A DNA stretch of 64,000 nt, taken from an uncultured delta proteobacterium. Its GTDB lineage: Bacteria; Desulfobacterota; Binatia; UBA9968. The DNA is taken from NCBI GenBank assembly GCA_963840855.1, contig CAWJBB010000040.1, forward strand, positions 64,001 through 128,000, written 5' to 3'. Shown in pieces: positions 1 through 8,829 of this stretch. How positions within the stretch are numbered: position 1 is the first letter of the stretch; the number at the start of each line of letters is the position of its first letter. A model generated the notes under the pieces. The model made no database searches and was not told where the DNA came from. It saw only the letters and a program-made list of their open reading frames with translations. The position numbers and the translations under genes were made by a program.

Positions 1-241
1 AGAGACAAACGTGCGCCGATTCATCGGCAGTTTCCCTTTACGACATTCACCGGCTGGGCTCAGCCGTCAGGGAGTATTCCGGAGCGCGCGAATGACCTTA
101 CCACTGGCGGTAGGGTCTAACTCGACTCGCTCCATATAGTAAAGCCGAGGCCGCTTGGTTTCGTTGTGACCTATGGTTTTCTGACTGTGACATGTTAAAG
201 GGATTTATCGTTGCATTCATGCTTCTGACTGAGGAGGCGAT

Positions 242-1273
242 ATGAAAAAGACTGGCCTGTTGTTTGTGCTCGCATTGCTCTGGAGCGATTACGCTACGGC
301 GCAAACTCCCTACTTTCAGGGTAAAACGATCCGAATCATCGTCGGCTATCCAGCCGGCAGCGCCCACGACTTATGGGGGCGGCTGATCGCGACACAGATA
401 AACAAGTTTATTCCCGGGAGTCCAGCCACCGTTGTGCAGAACATGCCCGGCGCCGGGTCGATGACCGCGACCAACTACGTTTACAACGTGGCCAAGCCTG
501 ATGGCCAGACCGTCGTCGTCAATAACGCGGCGCTTTACTTCGAACAGCTGCTAAAACGGAAAGAAGTCCAATACGATTGGTCGAAGTTCACCTGGGTTGG
601 CAGTATGACCCCCACCTCTGTGTTGCTGTACATGTGGGCTGCCGCTCCGTATAAAACCATCCACGATGTGCGCATCGCCACGGTGCCGCCCAAGTGCGGC
701 GCTACGGGCACGGGAAATATCAGCTACTATTTGCCGAAGCTACTCGAAGAAGCCATCGGCGCGAAGTTTCAATTGGTTTCGGGTTATGAAGGGGGCGCGA
801 GCATCGAATTAGCCGTGGAGCGCGGCGAAGTGCAGTGCCGCGCCTTTTCCGTTCAGACTTTCTTCGGCCGCGAGCCGTTTAACACCTGGCGGAGCAAGAA
901 CCTGGTGCGGGTGTTGGTTCAAGGCGGCAAGAAGCGCGACCCGCGCTTGCCCGAAACGCCCCTGTTGAGCGAGTTGATGGATGAATACAAGACTTCCGAA
1001 GCGAATCGCCGTTTAGTGACCGTAGTGGTGGCATCGGGGGAATTCGGCAGCGCGCCAATGCTGGCGCCGCCGGGGATTGCTGCGGAGCAAGTTAAGATTT
1101 TGCGCGCAGCTTATGCCAAGGCGCTGACCAGCCCGGACCTTATCGCCGACGCGAAGAAGCAAGGTCTCGACGTCGAGTTAATTCACGGCGACGATCTCGA
1201 AGCGCTCGCAAAAGAAGTCATGAACCAACCCGCCGATGTCATCGCGTCGATGAAAAAAGTCATGGGCGAGTAA
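242..1273 (+). CDS. Tripartite tricarboxylate transporter substrate-binding protein (TctC/Bug family)
   Basis: Signal peptide, GKTIRIIVGYPAG, VVQNMPGAGS, KPDG and ERGEV motifs. Confidence 0.9.
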   Translation: MKKTGLLFVLALLWSDYATAQTPYFQGKTIRIIVGYPAGSAHDLWGRLIATQINKFIPGSPATVVQNMPGAGSMTATNYVYNVAKPDGQTVVVNNAALYFEQLLKRKEVQYDWSKFTWVGSMTPTSVLLYMWAAAPYKTIHDVRIATVPPKCGATGTGNISYYLPKLLEEAIGAKFQLVSGYEGGASIELAVERGEVQCRAFSVQTFFGREPFNTWRSKNLVRVLVQGGKKRDPRLPETPLLSELMDEYKTSEANRRLVTVVVASGEFGSAPMLAPPGIAAEQVKILRAAYAKALTSPDLIADAKKQGLDVELIHGDDLEALAKEVMNQPADVIASMKKVMGE

Positions 1274-1471
1274 ATTTTTAATGTCCCTTTCGGGAATGGC
1301 TGAAAGCCCCGTCAGCCTGATGTCATTAAAAAAATTCTGCAACACCTAGAAAAATGGTAGGTGTCAGGCTTTGGTTATTTGGTATTTCTCCTCTCGCCCT
1401 CTGCAGATGGACGCGCGGTTCCCTCCTCTAGAACTTCCTTGTCTCACACAGAACCAGAAAAAGCACATAAT

Positions 1472-1609
1472 GAAGCTCCTCGGAGCAAAGCTCCGAGGTA
1501 TCTTTGTGAAATTCTTCGAAGCCCTTCAACCCTCCTTCGCCAAGGCTACGGAGGGTTCTCCTCACGTTCATCCTCGCAGCAAGCTGCGAGGTATTCGGCG
1601 AAGGAGAAT
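1472..1609. mobile_element. ~140-bp multi-hairpin dispersed element, copy 1 (IS200/IS605-like non-autonomous element)
   Basis: Near-identical to copies at 4555, 28231, 35663, 55035; hairpins CCTCGGAGC-AAA-GCTCCGAGG and CCTCGCAGC-AA-GCTGCGAGG. Confidence 0.85.
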
Positions 1610-1764
1610 CAAAGCTGACACCATTGTTACTTTTCTGTCACCCTCGGGCGGTAGAAGTGGAATCGGGCATGAAATACACTGACGGCGCAACTGCGCGACG
1701 GATATTCTAGGGGAGGCGTGTCAGCCTAGCCGAAGCCCAAGAGCCTGTTCAAGGGAGCGGAATT

Positions 1765-2865
1765 ATGAAAGCCATTCGCATTCACAAATTTGGTCCCACC
1801 GCGGAAGTGCTTCAGTACGAAGAGGTTCCGATTCCGGAGCCCGGCCCCAACGAACTTTTAATCAAGGTCGAAGCGGCTTCGCTGAACAGGGCGGATTTGG
1901 CTCTGTCCAAGGGCACCTATCGCATCGCTCCCGAGGAGCTGCCGGTCACCCCTGGCCGAGAGTTCGCGGGAACTGTCGCCAAGCTTGGCGACGGAGTTCA
2001 AGAATTCAAGGTTGGCCAGCGAGTAGTGGCATACACCGGCACGGGAGGCTACGCAGAGTACGCGCTCGCTAAGGTCTCAGAGACTCTGCCAGTTCCCGAC
2101 GGCGTTGACTCGGCAGCCGCGGCAGCGATGCCCACAGTATTTCTCACTGCCTGGTTCGGTTTGTTAACGGATGGCAAACTAAAGGCGGGCGACTGGGTGC
2201 TCGTGCAGGCCGGCAGTAGCGGCGTCGGCATCGCCGCGATTCAAATTGCAAAACAGCTAGGCACCAAGGTCATTACCACTTCCAGCGGTGATGACAAATG
2301 CAAGAGGTTGCGCCAACTCGGATCTGACGCGGCGATCGATTACACGAAGCAAGGTTTCGTCACGGAAGTCATGCGGATCACCACCCCAGCCGAGGGTCGG
2401 GATCAGGCTGAGCACTACCAGGAGCGTCGCCACCCCGACGTCATGGAGGGCGTGAATGTGCTTCACAGCTGGGGCATCGTCCCAGCGGTTCGTCGACGGC
2501 CATTCCCCACGTATCGCGGCGTCGATGTCGTACTCGAGATGATTGGCGGCGACATCTACCGCAAGAGCTTAGAAGTACTGGCGCCAGGCGGCCGCTTGGT
2601 CTCACTCGGCGGAGCCTTCGGCGCAGTACCCGACCCACCGCCCGCTCTAACCGATGGGCGCAAGGCGAGCCGCTTCTCCATCACGAACTATCTCAAGGCG
2701 AATCCGGAGGAGTTCCGCGAGTTGGCTAACCTCCTTAACCTCGTCCAGGAAAAGAAATTTCAAGTGATCATCGATCGGAGTTTTCCCCTGGCAGAAGCGC
2801 GGGCAGCGCAGCGCCACCTCGAAGGACGCGGCCACTTCGGCAAGGTCGTACTCAAGATGAGCTAA
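1765..2865 (+). CDS. NADPH:quinone oxidoreductase / MDR family, with a ~44-aa in-frame insertion
   Basis: MKAIRIH, ASLNRAD, PGREFAG, AGSSGVG, GKVVL motifs; extra segment between VMRIT and RGVDVVLE. Confidence 0.9.
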   Translation: MKAIRIHKFGPTAEVLQYEEVPIPEPGPNELLIKVEAASLNRADLALSKGTYRIAPEELPVTPGREFAGTVAKLGDGVQEFKVGQRVVAYTGTGGYAEYALAKVSETLPVPDGVDSAAAAAMPTVFLTAWFGLLTDGKLKAGDWVLVQAGSSGVGIAAIQIAKQLGTKVITTSSGDDKCKRLRQLGSDAAIDYTKQGFVTEVMRITTPAEGRDQAEHYQERRHPDVMEGVNVLHSWGIVPAVRRRPFPTYRGVDVVLEMIGGDIYRKSLEVLAPGGRLVSLGGAFGAVPDPPPALTDGRKASRFSITNYLKANPEEFRELANLLNLVQEKKFQVIIDRSFPLAEARAAQRHLEGRGHFGKVVLKMS

Positions 2866-3088
2866 AAGAGCAAAGAGCCAAAAGCAAATTATCAGAGGTC
2901 AGACGTGAAAAGGGCGCACTGTCAGGCTTTGGTGAAGTATACCATCCCCGGAAATTCTCCGTCTTCGCCGGACGAACAGCATGGTCCAAAACCCTCCGAA
3001 CGCGGCCGCAAATGTTCAATTCCCCCTATGTGAAGGGGGCCTGAGTTGTAAGTTGATGGTTCATCGCCTCAACAATTTTACGGTTCGG

Positions 3089-3117
3089 TTGATTGTAACC
3101 ACAATTCAGACTACACT
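3089..3117 (+). promoter_or_regulatory. Putative sigma70 promoter, probably leaderless transcript
   Basis: TTGATT-17nt-TACACT ending 6 nt before GTG at 3124; no SD sequence. Confidence 0.5.
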
Positions 3118-3123
3118 CTCCCT

Positions 3124-3417
3124 GTGAATCGGGTTGTATTCGCTCCCGCAGCGTTGCGCCAGTACAAGCGATTACCGGCTGCAGCCCGAAGTCTGCTTAA
3201 GAAAGAAATTCGTGAGCAACTCGCATTTCAAGACCCAATGGAAGAAACGCGCAATCGATTCCGGCTGCGCCGGCTTTCTCCGCACGCGGATTTTGAGCTT
3301 CGCGTTGAACCTTGGAGAGTGTTCTACAGGGTACGGGAAGAGCTGGTTATCGTGGAGCTGGTCGGGCGCAAAAAAGGCAACGTGTTGTTGATAGGTGGAA
3401 AGGAGTTTGAATTATGA
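3124..3417 (+). CDS. RelE/ParE family toxin
   Basis: 97 aa, ELRVEPWRVFYRV motif, ATGA overlap with downstream antitoxin. Confidence 0.85.
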   Translation: MNRVVFAPAALRQYKRLPAAARSLLKKEIREQLAFQDPMEETRNRFRLRRLSPHADFELRVEPWRVFYRVREELVIVELVGRKKGNVLLIGGKEFEL

Positions 3418-3662
3418 AGATCGAAAGCTTGCGCGAAGTTAAGGCCAAGCTGAGCAAGATCGTTAAGGAATTGCCATCGGAAAAATCCGTCGTGATTACA
3501 AAAAACGGCCGCCCTTGTGCGGTGCTTTTTCCCGTGACGGAAGAAACGGATCTCGAAAGCATGTTGCTCGCCCAGCGAAAAGATTTTTGGCAATTGCTGG
3601 ACCGCGCGCACAAGGAAGGAGAAAAGAAAGGCTTCACCCGGCTTGAAGATGTTCCGGACTGA
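3414..3662 (+). CDS. Phd/YefM family antitoxin
   Basis: REVKAKLSKIV...VVITKNGRPCAVL. Confidence 0.9.
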   Translation: MKIESLREVKAKLSKIVKELPSEKSVVITKNGRPCAVLFPVTEETDLESMLLAQRKDFWQLLDRAHKEGEKKGFTRLEDVPD

Positions 3663-3725
3663 TGCACGTTCACTTTCAGGTGATAGTCTTGAAAGATCTT
3701 CTGGGTCAAATCCCGGGGGACTTTT

Positions 3726-3752
3726 GTTGCGGGTTTGCGCAATTGAGCAAAC
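3726..3752. promoter_or_regulatory. 27-bp repeat with palindrome TTTGC-n-CAATTG-n-GCAAA, candidate operator (copy 1)
   Basis: Repeated with 1 mismatch at 4077-4103. Confidence 0.6.
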
Positions 3753-3774
3753 ATGGGTTTAATTAAAGGGCGCC

Positions 3775-4074
3775 ATGGAAGAAAGCGTCTACAGACAATC
3801 GTGCCTCTGTCGTCTCTTGGGCAACCCACTGGCCTTTGCGATTATGAACGTGCTTAGCGAGAGTAAAGAACTGAACCCGAGTGAGATCGCGCGAGCCGTT
3901 GGCCGCAGCGTGTCGCGGGTGAGTCACGTTTTGGCGGCACTGCGACTGGCCGAGGTCGTGCGATACGAAACGGACGGGAGACAGGCGCGCTATCGTTTGA
4001 AGCACCCTCGCGAGACCCGCCAGCTTCTCCAGGCACTAGAAAAATTTATCGATTCTTCTTCGCCCTTTCAGTGA
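3775..4074 (+). CDS. ArsR/SmtB family winged-helix transcriptional regulator
   Basis: LLGNP...EIARAVGRSVSRVSHVLAALR...RYRL pattern. Confidence 0.85.
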   Translation: MEESVYRQSCLCRLLGNPLAFAIMNVLSESKELNPSEIARAVGRSVSRVSHVLAALRLAEVVRYETDGRQARYRLKHPRETRQLLQALEKFIDSSSPFQ

Positions 4075-4076
4075 CA

Positions 4077-4103
4077 GTTGCGGATTTGCGCAATTGAGCA
4101 AAC
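4077..4103. promoter_or_regulatory. 27-bp palindromic repeat, candidate operator (copy 2)
   Basis: Direct repeat of 3726-3752 right after the ArsR stop codon. Confidence 0.6.
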
Positions 4104-4183
4104 GTGCGGTCTCATCTGAGACCCGAATGGATCCAGTCCGCGGTGAGGGTCGTAGCGGAGATCCGACGGAAGGAAGAAAATTG

Positions 4184-4555
4184 ATGAAGAAGGAAAAACA
4201 GGAAAAAACGACAGTTACTGTAAGATTGACCGACGAGGAAGATCAGATCCTGAACCGTCTCTGCGCGCTTAAAAAGACGAGTAAGACCGGATACCTTGCT
4301 CGCCTCGCTAAAGACCAGGCCAGGCGAGAGCTGCTCGGTTTCGCCGCCGAAGAATACCTAGAGGGAAGGGCGTCTCTAAGCGAGCTGGCGAAAAAGACCG
4401 GCCTGGATGTACCCACCATTATGGATGAGGTCGCCAGCGTCAAAGGGCAGGACAGGCGGGCAGTGGAGGCTTTTTTGTCGGCCGTGGAAACGATCTCGAG
4501 GTTAAATAAAGATCCAGAGTTCTATAATCTAGCCATCAACGCCCTCAGAGAATAA
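4184..4555 (+). CDS. Antitoxin-like DNA-binding protein (RHH-like N-terminus plus UPF0175-like HTH), no adjacent toxin
   Basis: TTVTVRL N-terminal strand; EEYLEGRASLSELAKKTGL motif; ATG at 4184 chosen. Confidence 0.6.
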   Translation: MKKEKQEKTTVTVRLTDEEDQILNRLCALKKTSKTGYLARLAKDQARRELLGFAAEEYLEGRASLSELAKKTGLDVPTIMDEVASVKGQDRRAVEAFLSAVETISRLNKDPEFYNLAINALRE

Positions 4556-4693
4556 AGCTCCTCGGAGCAAAGCTCCGAGGTATCTTTGCGAAATTCTTCG
4601 AAGCCCTTCAACCCTCCTTTGCCAAGGCTACGGAGGGTTCTCCTCACCTTCATCCTCGCAGCAAGCTGCGAGGTATTCGGCGAAGGAGAATAA
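4555..4693. mobile_element. ~140-bp multi-hairpin element, copy 2
   Basis: Near-identical repeat abutting the stop codon of 4184-4555. Confidence 0.85.
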
Positions 4694-4782
4694 ATGCGGT
4701 CCCACGGCGACAGCAAGTTCCAGCAAGTTGGCACCGTGCGTCGGGAAGGAACGAACCGATGAAACGGAGAGCTGAAAGGGAG

Positions 4783-4998
4783 GAAGTGATCACCGAATAT
4801 CCGAATGATGTTCCTTTGCCCAGTTCTTTGCTTTTAGGATTCTTGGGGGACCGTCCGATTCATATCGTTGTCGCGTGATGACCCAACCAAGACCTGTCAT
4901 ATTGTGACTGTCTACGAACCCGATCCTGGTGAGTGGTCCGATGACTTTAGGACGAGGAGATTATGATGAAATGTCTTATCTGTAAGCAGGGGGAAACC
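4783..4998 (+). pseudogene. Partial duplicate of the DUF4258/YgiT pair (copy of 7739-7956)
   Basis: Nearly identical DNA with a few substitutions and a 2-bp deletion. Confidence 0.9.
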
Positions 4999-5090
4999 TG
5001 TTTTATGACGTCTCCGAAGAGGATTCGGTGGTTTATGTTCGAGCGATCCGGCGAAAGCCAAGAGGCAAGACAACGGAGGAAATTTTGTGA
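4999..5090 (+). pseudogene. 3' remnant of a RelE/ParE toxin
   Basis: Reads FYDVSEEDSVVYVRAIRRKPRGKTTEEIL*, GTGA overlap with the Phd gene. Confidence 0.7.
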
Positions 5091-5338
5091 AAACGGTTAC
5101 GCCTCGTGATCTACAGAAAAAAGTAAAAGAATGCGTTGATGCCTCGCAACGCGAACGCGTGGTAGTCACGCGGCGAGGACAACCCGCCGCGGTCTTGGTC
5201 GGGATCGAAGGAAGCGATTGGGAGGACGTCGTGCTGCAGAGCTCTACCGGGTTTTGGAAACTTATTGAAGAGCGAAGAAAGCAGCCCACGATTTCTCTGC
5301 GGGAATTGAAAGCCCGATTGAAGAAACGCAAGGGCTAA
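5087..5338 (+). CDS. Phd/YefM family antitoxin
   Basis: VVVTRRGQPAAVL. Confidence 0.9.
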   Translation: MKTVTPRDLQKKVKECVDASQRERVVVTRRGQPAAVLVGIEGSDWEDVVLQSSTGFWKLIEERRKQPTISLRELKARLKKRKG

Positions 5339-5348
5339 TTCTCGGTCA

Positions 5349-5381
5349 TTTCGACATTTTGAGAATTCTCAAAACGTCAAA
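5349..5381. repeat. 32-bp imperfect palindrome, consensus TTCGACGTTTTGAGAATTCTCAAAACGTCGAA
   Basis: Related copies at 7505-7536 and 16747-16778. Confidence 0.75.
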
Positions 5382-5746
5382 GTGTCGAAGGGAGGGGGGA
5401 TGGTGTGACCACGGCCACGCCTTCCTCACCCAGCCCGCCTCTTGCCAGAATAGACCCTTCTCATCTACATTGAGTCCCGCCGATGCGGCAGACCGCCGGG
5501 CTTCCCTCCCCGGGCGTCCTGGTACGAATGCGCTCGTGAACCGTGAACGATAGGGTTTGATAGCGCGTTACCTTGAACCTTGAACTGCCGTAGGGCTTTG
5601 AACGGAGCGCCTGGGTTGCACGGCTTGAACTACTGGAACGGGCCGATCCGAATGATGAACGAAGCGCGGGGGTTAAACGTTTGGAACCGGGGCAGTGACG
5701 GCGTCGCTCTTCCCCGCGTCCGAGCACTAATCTCTGAGCCAACGTA

Positions 5747-6172
5747 TCACAGAAACGGGTTCACAGCTCTGACTGTGCCGTATAGCCGGTCATGTTGGAA
5801 ATCCTCCGATAGTAGTTCCTCCAGATTATAGTATTCGGCGTAAGCCCAAAGATGGGCGTCAAACCAGCTCAGCTGATAGGCAGCGGCGCCGCGGAAGGCC
5901 AAGCGCAAGAGCGCTTCGTTGGGATAGAGTATGGTGAATTGGGCGAGAAATTCTTCGGCTTCGCGTCGCGCTTCCGTGGCGCTCAGAAGAGACCGATCGC
6001 CCGTGAGTGGACGGGTTGCCGCAGCGACGAATTCAATGACCGCTTGGTGGGGCACCCGAATCGAATTCTCTTCGATGCCGCGGCGCAAAAGCGCGTATGC
6101 GATTGCCTGTTTTTCCGGAAATCGTGGATCGAAACGGTAGACGAGTATGTTAGTGTCGACCAGTGCCGCCAC
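5747..6172 (-). CDS. vapC: PIN domain (VapC-like) toxin
   Basis: LVDTNILVY, SWFDAHLWA, LLSEDF; GTG start overlapping the antitoxin. Confidence 0.9.
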   Translation of the reverse strand: MAALVDTNILVYRFDPRFPEKQAIAYALLRRGIEENSIRVPHQAVIEFVAAATRPLTGDRSLLSATEARREAEEFLAQFTILYPNEALLRLAFRGAAAYQLSWFDAHLWAYAEYYNLEELLSEDFQHDRLYGTVRAVNPFL

Positions 6173-6461
6173 GGGAATAAAGTTGCTCCCGTATCCACCC
6201 GCGTCCGGCTTTGGCGGTGCGAAGCAGAGCCGGGTCAAGCGATTTCTCGCGCTGTTTTTGCCTACGGGTGGCCAGATCGAAAAATCGCAGGCGGAGCGAT
6301 GAGCCGTCTTTTTTTGTGTCGCGTTGTTTCTTCGCTACAGGTATGACCCGCATGACATCACCCGCGATCTCCCATTGGATTTCGTCTCCGGGTTTTATGC
6401 CGAGCTGCGCCGCCAAGACCTTGGGCAGGGTAACTTGCAGCTTGCTCGTGACTTTACTCAT
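6150..6461 (-). CDS. AbrB/MazE/SpoVT family antitoxin
   Basis: KVTSKLQVTLPK...LGIKPGDEI. Confidence 0.9.
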   Translation of the reverse strand: MSKVTSKLQVTLPKVLAAQLGIKPGDEIQWEIAGDVMRVIPVAKKQRDTKKDGSSLRLRFFDLATRRQKQREKSLDPALLRTAKAGRGWIREQLYSRGGTGRH

Positions 6462-6467
6462 TTCCTT

Positions 6468-6495
6468 ACTCTAGCAAGGAATCAATCCTTGTCAA
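6468..6495 (-). promoter_or_regulatory. Putative sigma70 promoter with overlapping inverted-repeat operator
   Basis: Minus strand TTGACA-16nt-TAGAGT, 6 nt before ATG; CAAGGA..TCCTTG dyad in the spacer. Confidence 0.6.
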
Positions 6496-6552
6496 GTATC
6501 CCCCGGTGACGACTCACGAGCACGAACACGATTCACGATCACGATCTTTATT

Positions 6553-6599
6553 CGACCACGATGACGGCTTTGTCCGGACACGTTCACGGCCTTTCCCCA
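6553..6599 (+). repeat. 47-bp direct repeat in a CACG-rich tract (copy 1)
   Basis: Identical at 8783-8829, partial at 9677-9709. Confidence 0.9.
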
Positions 6600-6797
6600 G
6601 CCCCCACGATCATAGACTCACTCCAAATTATTGTCCGAAAGTGTCCGATATTGGACAGCAACCATTCAGCATTGGGATTGGCGCGTTGTGTGGTTCACAA
6701 AATACTTCACCCAGCGCTAAAACTCTCAACCTTTAACTCGTCTTTCCAGGTCCTAAAAATCAGTGTAGGATACAAGCGTTGTTGAAAGGATCGGGAT

Positions 6798-7085
6798 GTG
6801 GTTTTTGAACGGTTCGTGTTTAGAGTCCACGCGATCCAGCGAATGTACCAGCGGCGGATCAGTGAGGACGAAGTTCGAAATGTGATCGGGACTGGCGATA
6901 CGATCGAAGATTACCCGGATGATTTTCCCTACCCTAGTCGTTTAGTGCTGGGATGGCACGGTGCGCGACCCATACATGTGGTGGTTGCGGACAATCCCGA
7001 TGATAAAGAGAACATTGTCATTACGGTTTATGAGCCCGATCCGTCCGAATGGGAGACAGATTTCAAAAGGAGAAAAGTGTCGTGA
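6798..7085 (+). CDS. DUF4258 domain protein (putative toxin)
   Basis: HAIQRMYQRRIS...IEDYPDD.PYPSRLVLG...RPIHVV...ITVYEPD. Confidence 0.85.
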   Translation: MVFERFVFRVHAIQRMYQRRISEDEVRNVIGTGDTIEDYPDDFPYPSRLVLGWHGARPIHVVVADNPDDKENIVITVYEPDPSEWETDFKRRKVS

Positions 7086-7309
7086 AGTGCGTTGTTTGCA
7101 AAAAAGGTGAAACCAAGGCTGGAACGACGACGATTACACTCGAAAAGAACGGTGCCACTCTGGTATTCAAGAGCGTCCCCGCTCGAGTGTGCGCCATCTG
7201 TGGTGAAGCGTATGTAGATGGAGAGATTACGGCCCATCTTCTCAAAACCGCTGAAGAGGCCGCCCGCTCCGGGATTCAAGTTGAAATCCGCCAGTACAAT
7301 GCAGCCTGA
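7082..7309 (+). CDS. YgiT-type zinc finger (MqsA-like antitoxin)
   Basis: CxxC...VPARVCAICGEAY; GTGA overlap. Confidence 0.85.
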   Translation: MKCVVCKKGETKAGTTTITLEKNGATLVFKSVPARVCAICGEAYVDGEITAHLLKTAEEAARSGIQVEIRQYNAA

Positions 7310-7317
7310 CCGCTGAG

Positions 7318-7422
7318 GTCGTGTTTGAGGCAATTCGGGAACTGATGAGGCCACCGACTCCTAAGCGCAGAAAAATCGGGTTTCTGGTGGAAGAAAAGGC
7401 CGCGTCGTATGGACGGCGGTAA
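7318..7422 (+). pseudogene. C-terminal remnant of an ORF6N-domain protein
   Basis: VVFEAIRELMRPPTPKRRKIGF...* matches the typical ORF6N tail. Confidence 0.65.
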
Positions 7423-7504
7423 TGTTATCCCATGTTTCGGAATACACGCTACGTAACACGCCCCACTCCCGCCTGTTGCCTAATGCCTCGTGCCTATTTT
7501 ACAT

Positions 7505-7536
7505 TTCGATGTTTTGAGAATTGTCAAAACGTCGAA
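7505..7536. repeat. 32-bp imperfect palindrome (copy 2)
   Basis: TTCGATGTTTTGAGAATTGTCAAAACGTCGAA. Confidence 0.75.
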
Positions 7537-7639
7537 GTTCCGCCAGGAAGTCACGAAACACGGCTCTTTTGGTCCGTGAGATACGGGGCTTGTGTCGCCT
7601 CCACTAAATCGCTTAAGATCCGCAACAAACATCTTTCCT

Positions 7640-7924
7640 ATGAATTGCGATCGTGTGATGTTTACCGGACATGCCGTTCAACGCATGTTTGAGCGCCGGA
7701 TTCAAAAGGAGCAGATTCGGGACTTGCTTCTATCCGGCGAAGTCATCGCCGAATATCCGAATGATGTTCCTTTGCCCAGTTCTTTGCTTTTAGGATTCTT
7801 GGGGGACCGTCCGATTCATATCGTTGTCGCGTTTGATGACCCAACCAAGACCTGTCATATTGTGACTGTCTACGAACCCGATCCTGGTCAGTGGTCCGAT
7901 GACTTTAGGACGAGGAGATCATGA
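7640..7924 (+). CDS. DUF4258 domain protein (putative toxin)
   Basis: HAVQRMFERRI...AEYPND.PLPSSLLLG...RPIHIV; paralog of 6798-7085. Confidence 0.85.
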   Translation: MNCDRVMFTGHAVQRMFERRIQKEQIRDLLLSGEVIAEYPNDVPLPSSLLLGFLGDRPIHIVVAFDDPTKTCHIVTVYEPDPGQWSDDFRTRRS

Positions 7925-8148
7925 TGAAATGTCTTATCTGTAAGCAGGGGGAAACCCGTCCGCAGAGGGTCACGGTACCTCTTCAACGCAGTGGAACGAC
8001 GATCATTTTCAAGGAGGTCCCAGCTGACGTCTGTGAAAACTGTGGAGAATACTACCTTTCAGAAGAGATTACTGGACGCCTCCTGGAACGGGCAGAGCGT
8101 GCTGTGCAAGGTGGCACAGAGGTAGAAATCGTCCGTTTCGCCGCATAG
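7921..8148 (+). CDS. YgiT-type zinc finger (MqsA-like antitoxin)
   Basis: CLIC...VPADVCENCGEYY. Confidence 0.85.
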   Translation: MMKCLICKQGETRPQRVTVPLQRSGTTIIFKEVPADVCENCGEYYLSEEITGRLLERAERAVQGGTEVEIVRFAA

Positions 8149-8284
8149 GCAAACCTTTCGAGCCTTCGCTGGCAATAAGCCAGCCAACTTTCAGCTGTTG
8201 TCATTCCGGTCTTTCGGGAATTCCAAGGAACGTGGTAAGAACCGTGCTCGTGTTTTCGTGCTCGTACTTTGGGAGGGAATCGAA

Positions 8285-8748
8285 ATGAAAAGCGTAGAGG
8301 ACCTGGACGTATTCAAGCTGGCGCATCAACTAGCGCTCAAAACTTACTCGACGACTAAGATTTTTCCAAGGGCGGAGACGTTCAGTCTCGTGGATCAGAT
8401 GCGCCGGGCGGCAGCTATCCGCCACTCATTTTGACGTTTTGGGAAAAATCGAGGTCAATCTTTAAACGATTTGAACGGAGCGCAGCGGTTGAACGGCTGG
8501 AACGATTGGAACGGCTATTTCTCCAAAAGGAAGGCGCCATGAGGCTCGGTACTAAGGAGTATCGCCAATTCGTTGGTATCGCCCGTGGATCGGCAGGCGA
8601 GGTTTGCTACCAATTGCTGCTCGCGCGCGACTTGAAATATATTTCGAACGAGACCTACCAAGAACTTAGGACCGGTTATGACCGTGTGATTCAAATGCTC
8701 TCCCGGCTTTCCCAGTCTTTGGCCGGGGAGTCACGTCCACGACTGTGA
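8285..8748 (+). pseudogene. Four-helix-bundle protein (23S rRNA IVP/Avd-like), interrupted by a ~115-bp insertion
   Basis: EDLDVFKLA...FP..E.FSLVDQMRRAA, insertion ~8414-8529, then EG..R...KEYRQF..IARGSAGE. Confidence 0.85.
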
Positions 8749-8782
8749 TCACGGTAGTTCTTTTCCCCATCCCCCACGATCA

Positions 8783-8829
8783 CGACCACGATGACGGCTT
8801 TGTCCGGACACGTTCACGGCCTTTCCCCA
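8783..8829 (+). repeat. 47-bp direct repeat (copy 2) within a CACG hexamer-periodic tract
   Basis: Identical to 6553-6599. Confidence 0.9.

Noticed and set aside
1361-1682. ORFs reading NEAPRSKAPRYL... (also at 4522, 28174, 35416, 54972)
   Set aside because: Translations of the ~140-bp repeat element, not genes
4783-8748. Diversity-generating retroelement (Avd-like gene plus duplicated segment as TR/VR)
   Set aside because: No reverse transcriptase; mismatches between 4783-4998 and 7739-7956 are not adenine-specific
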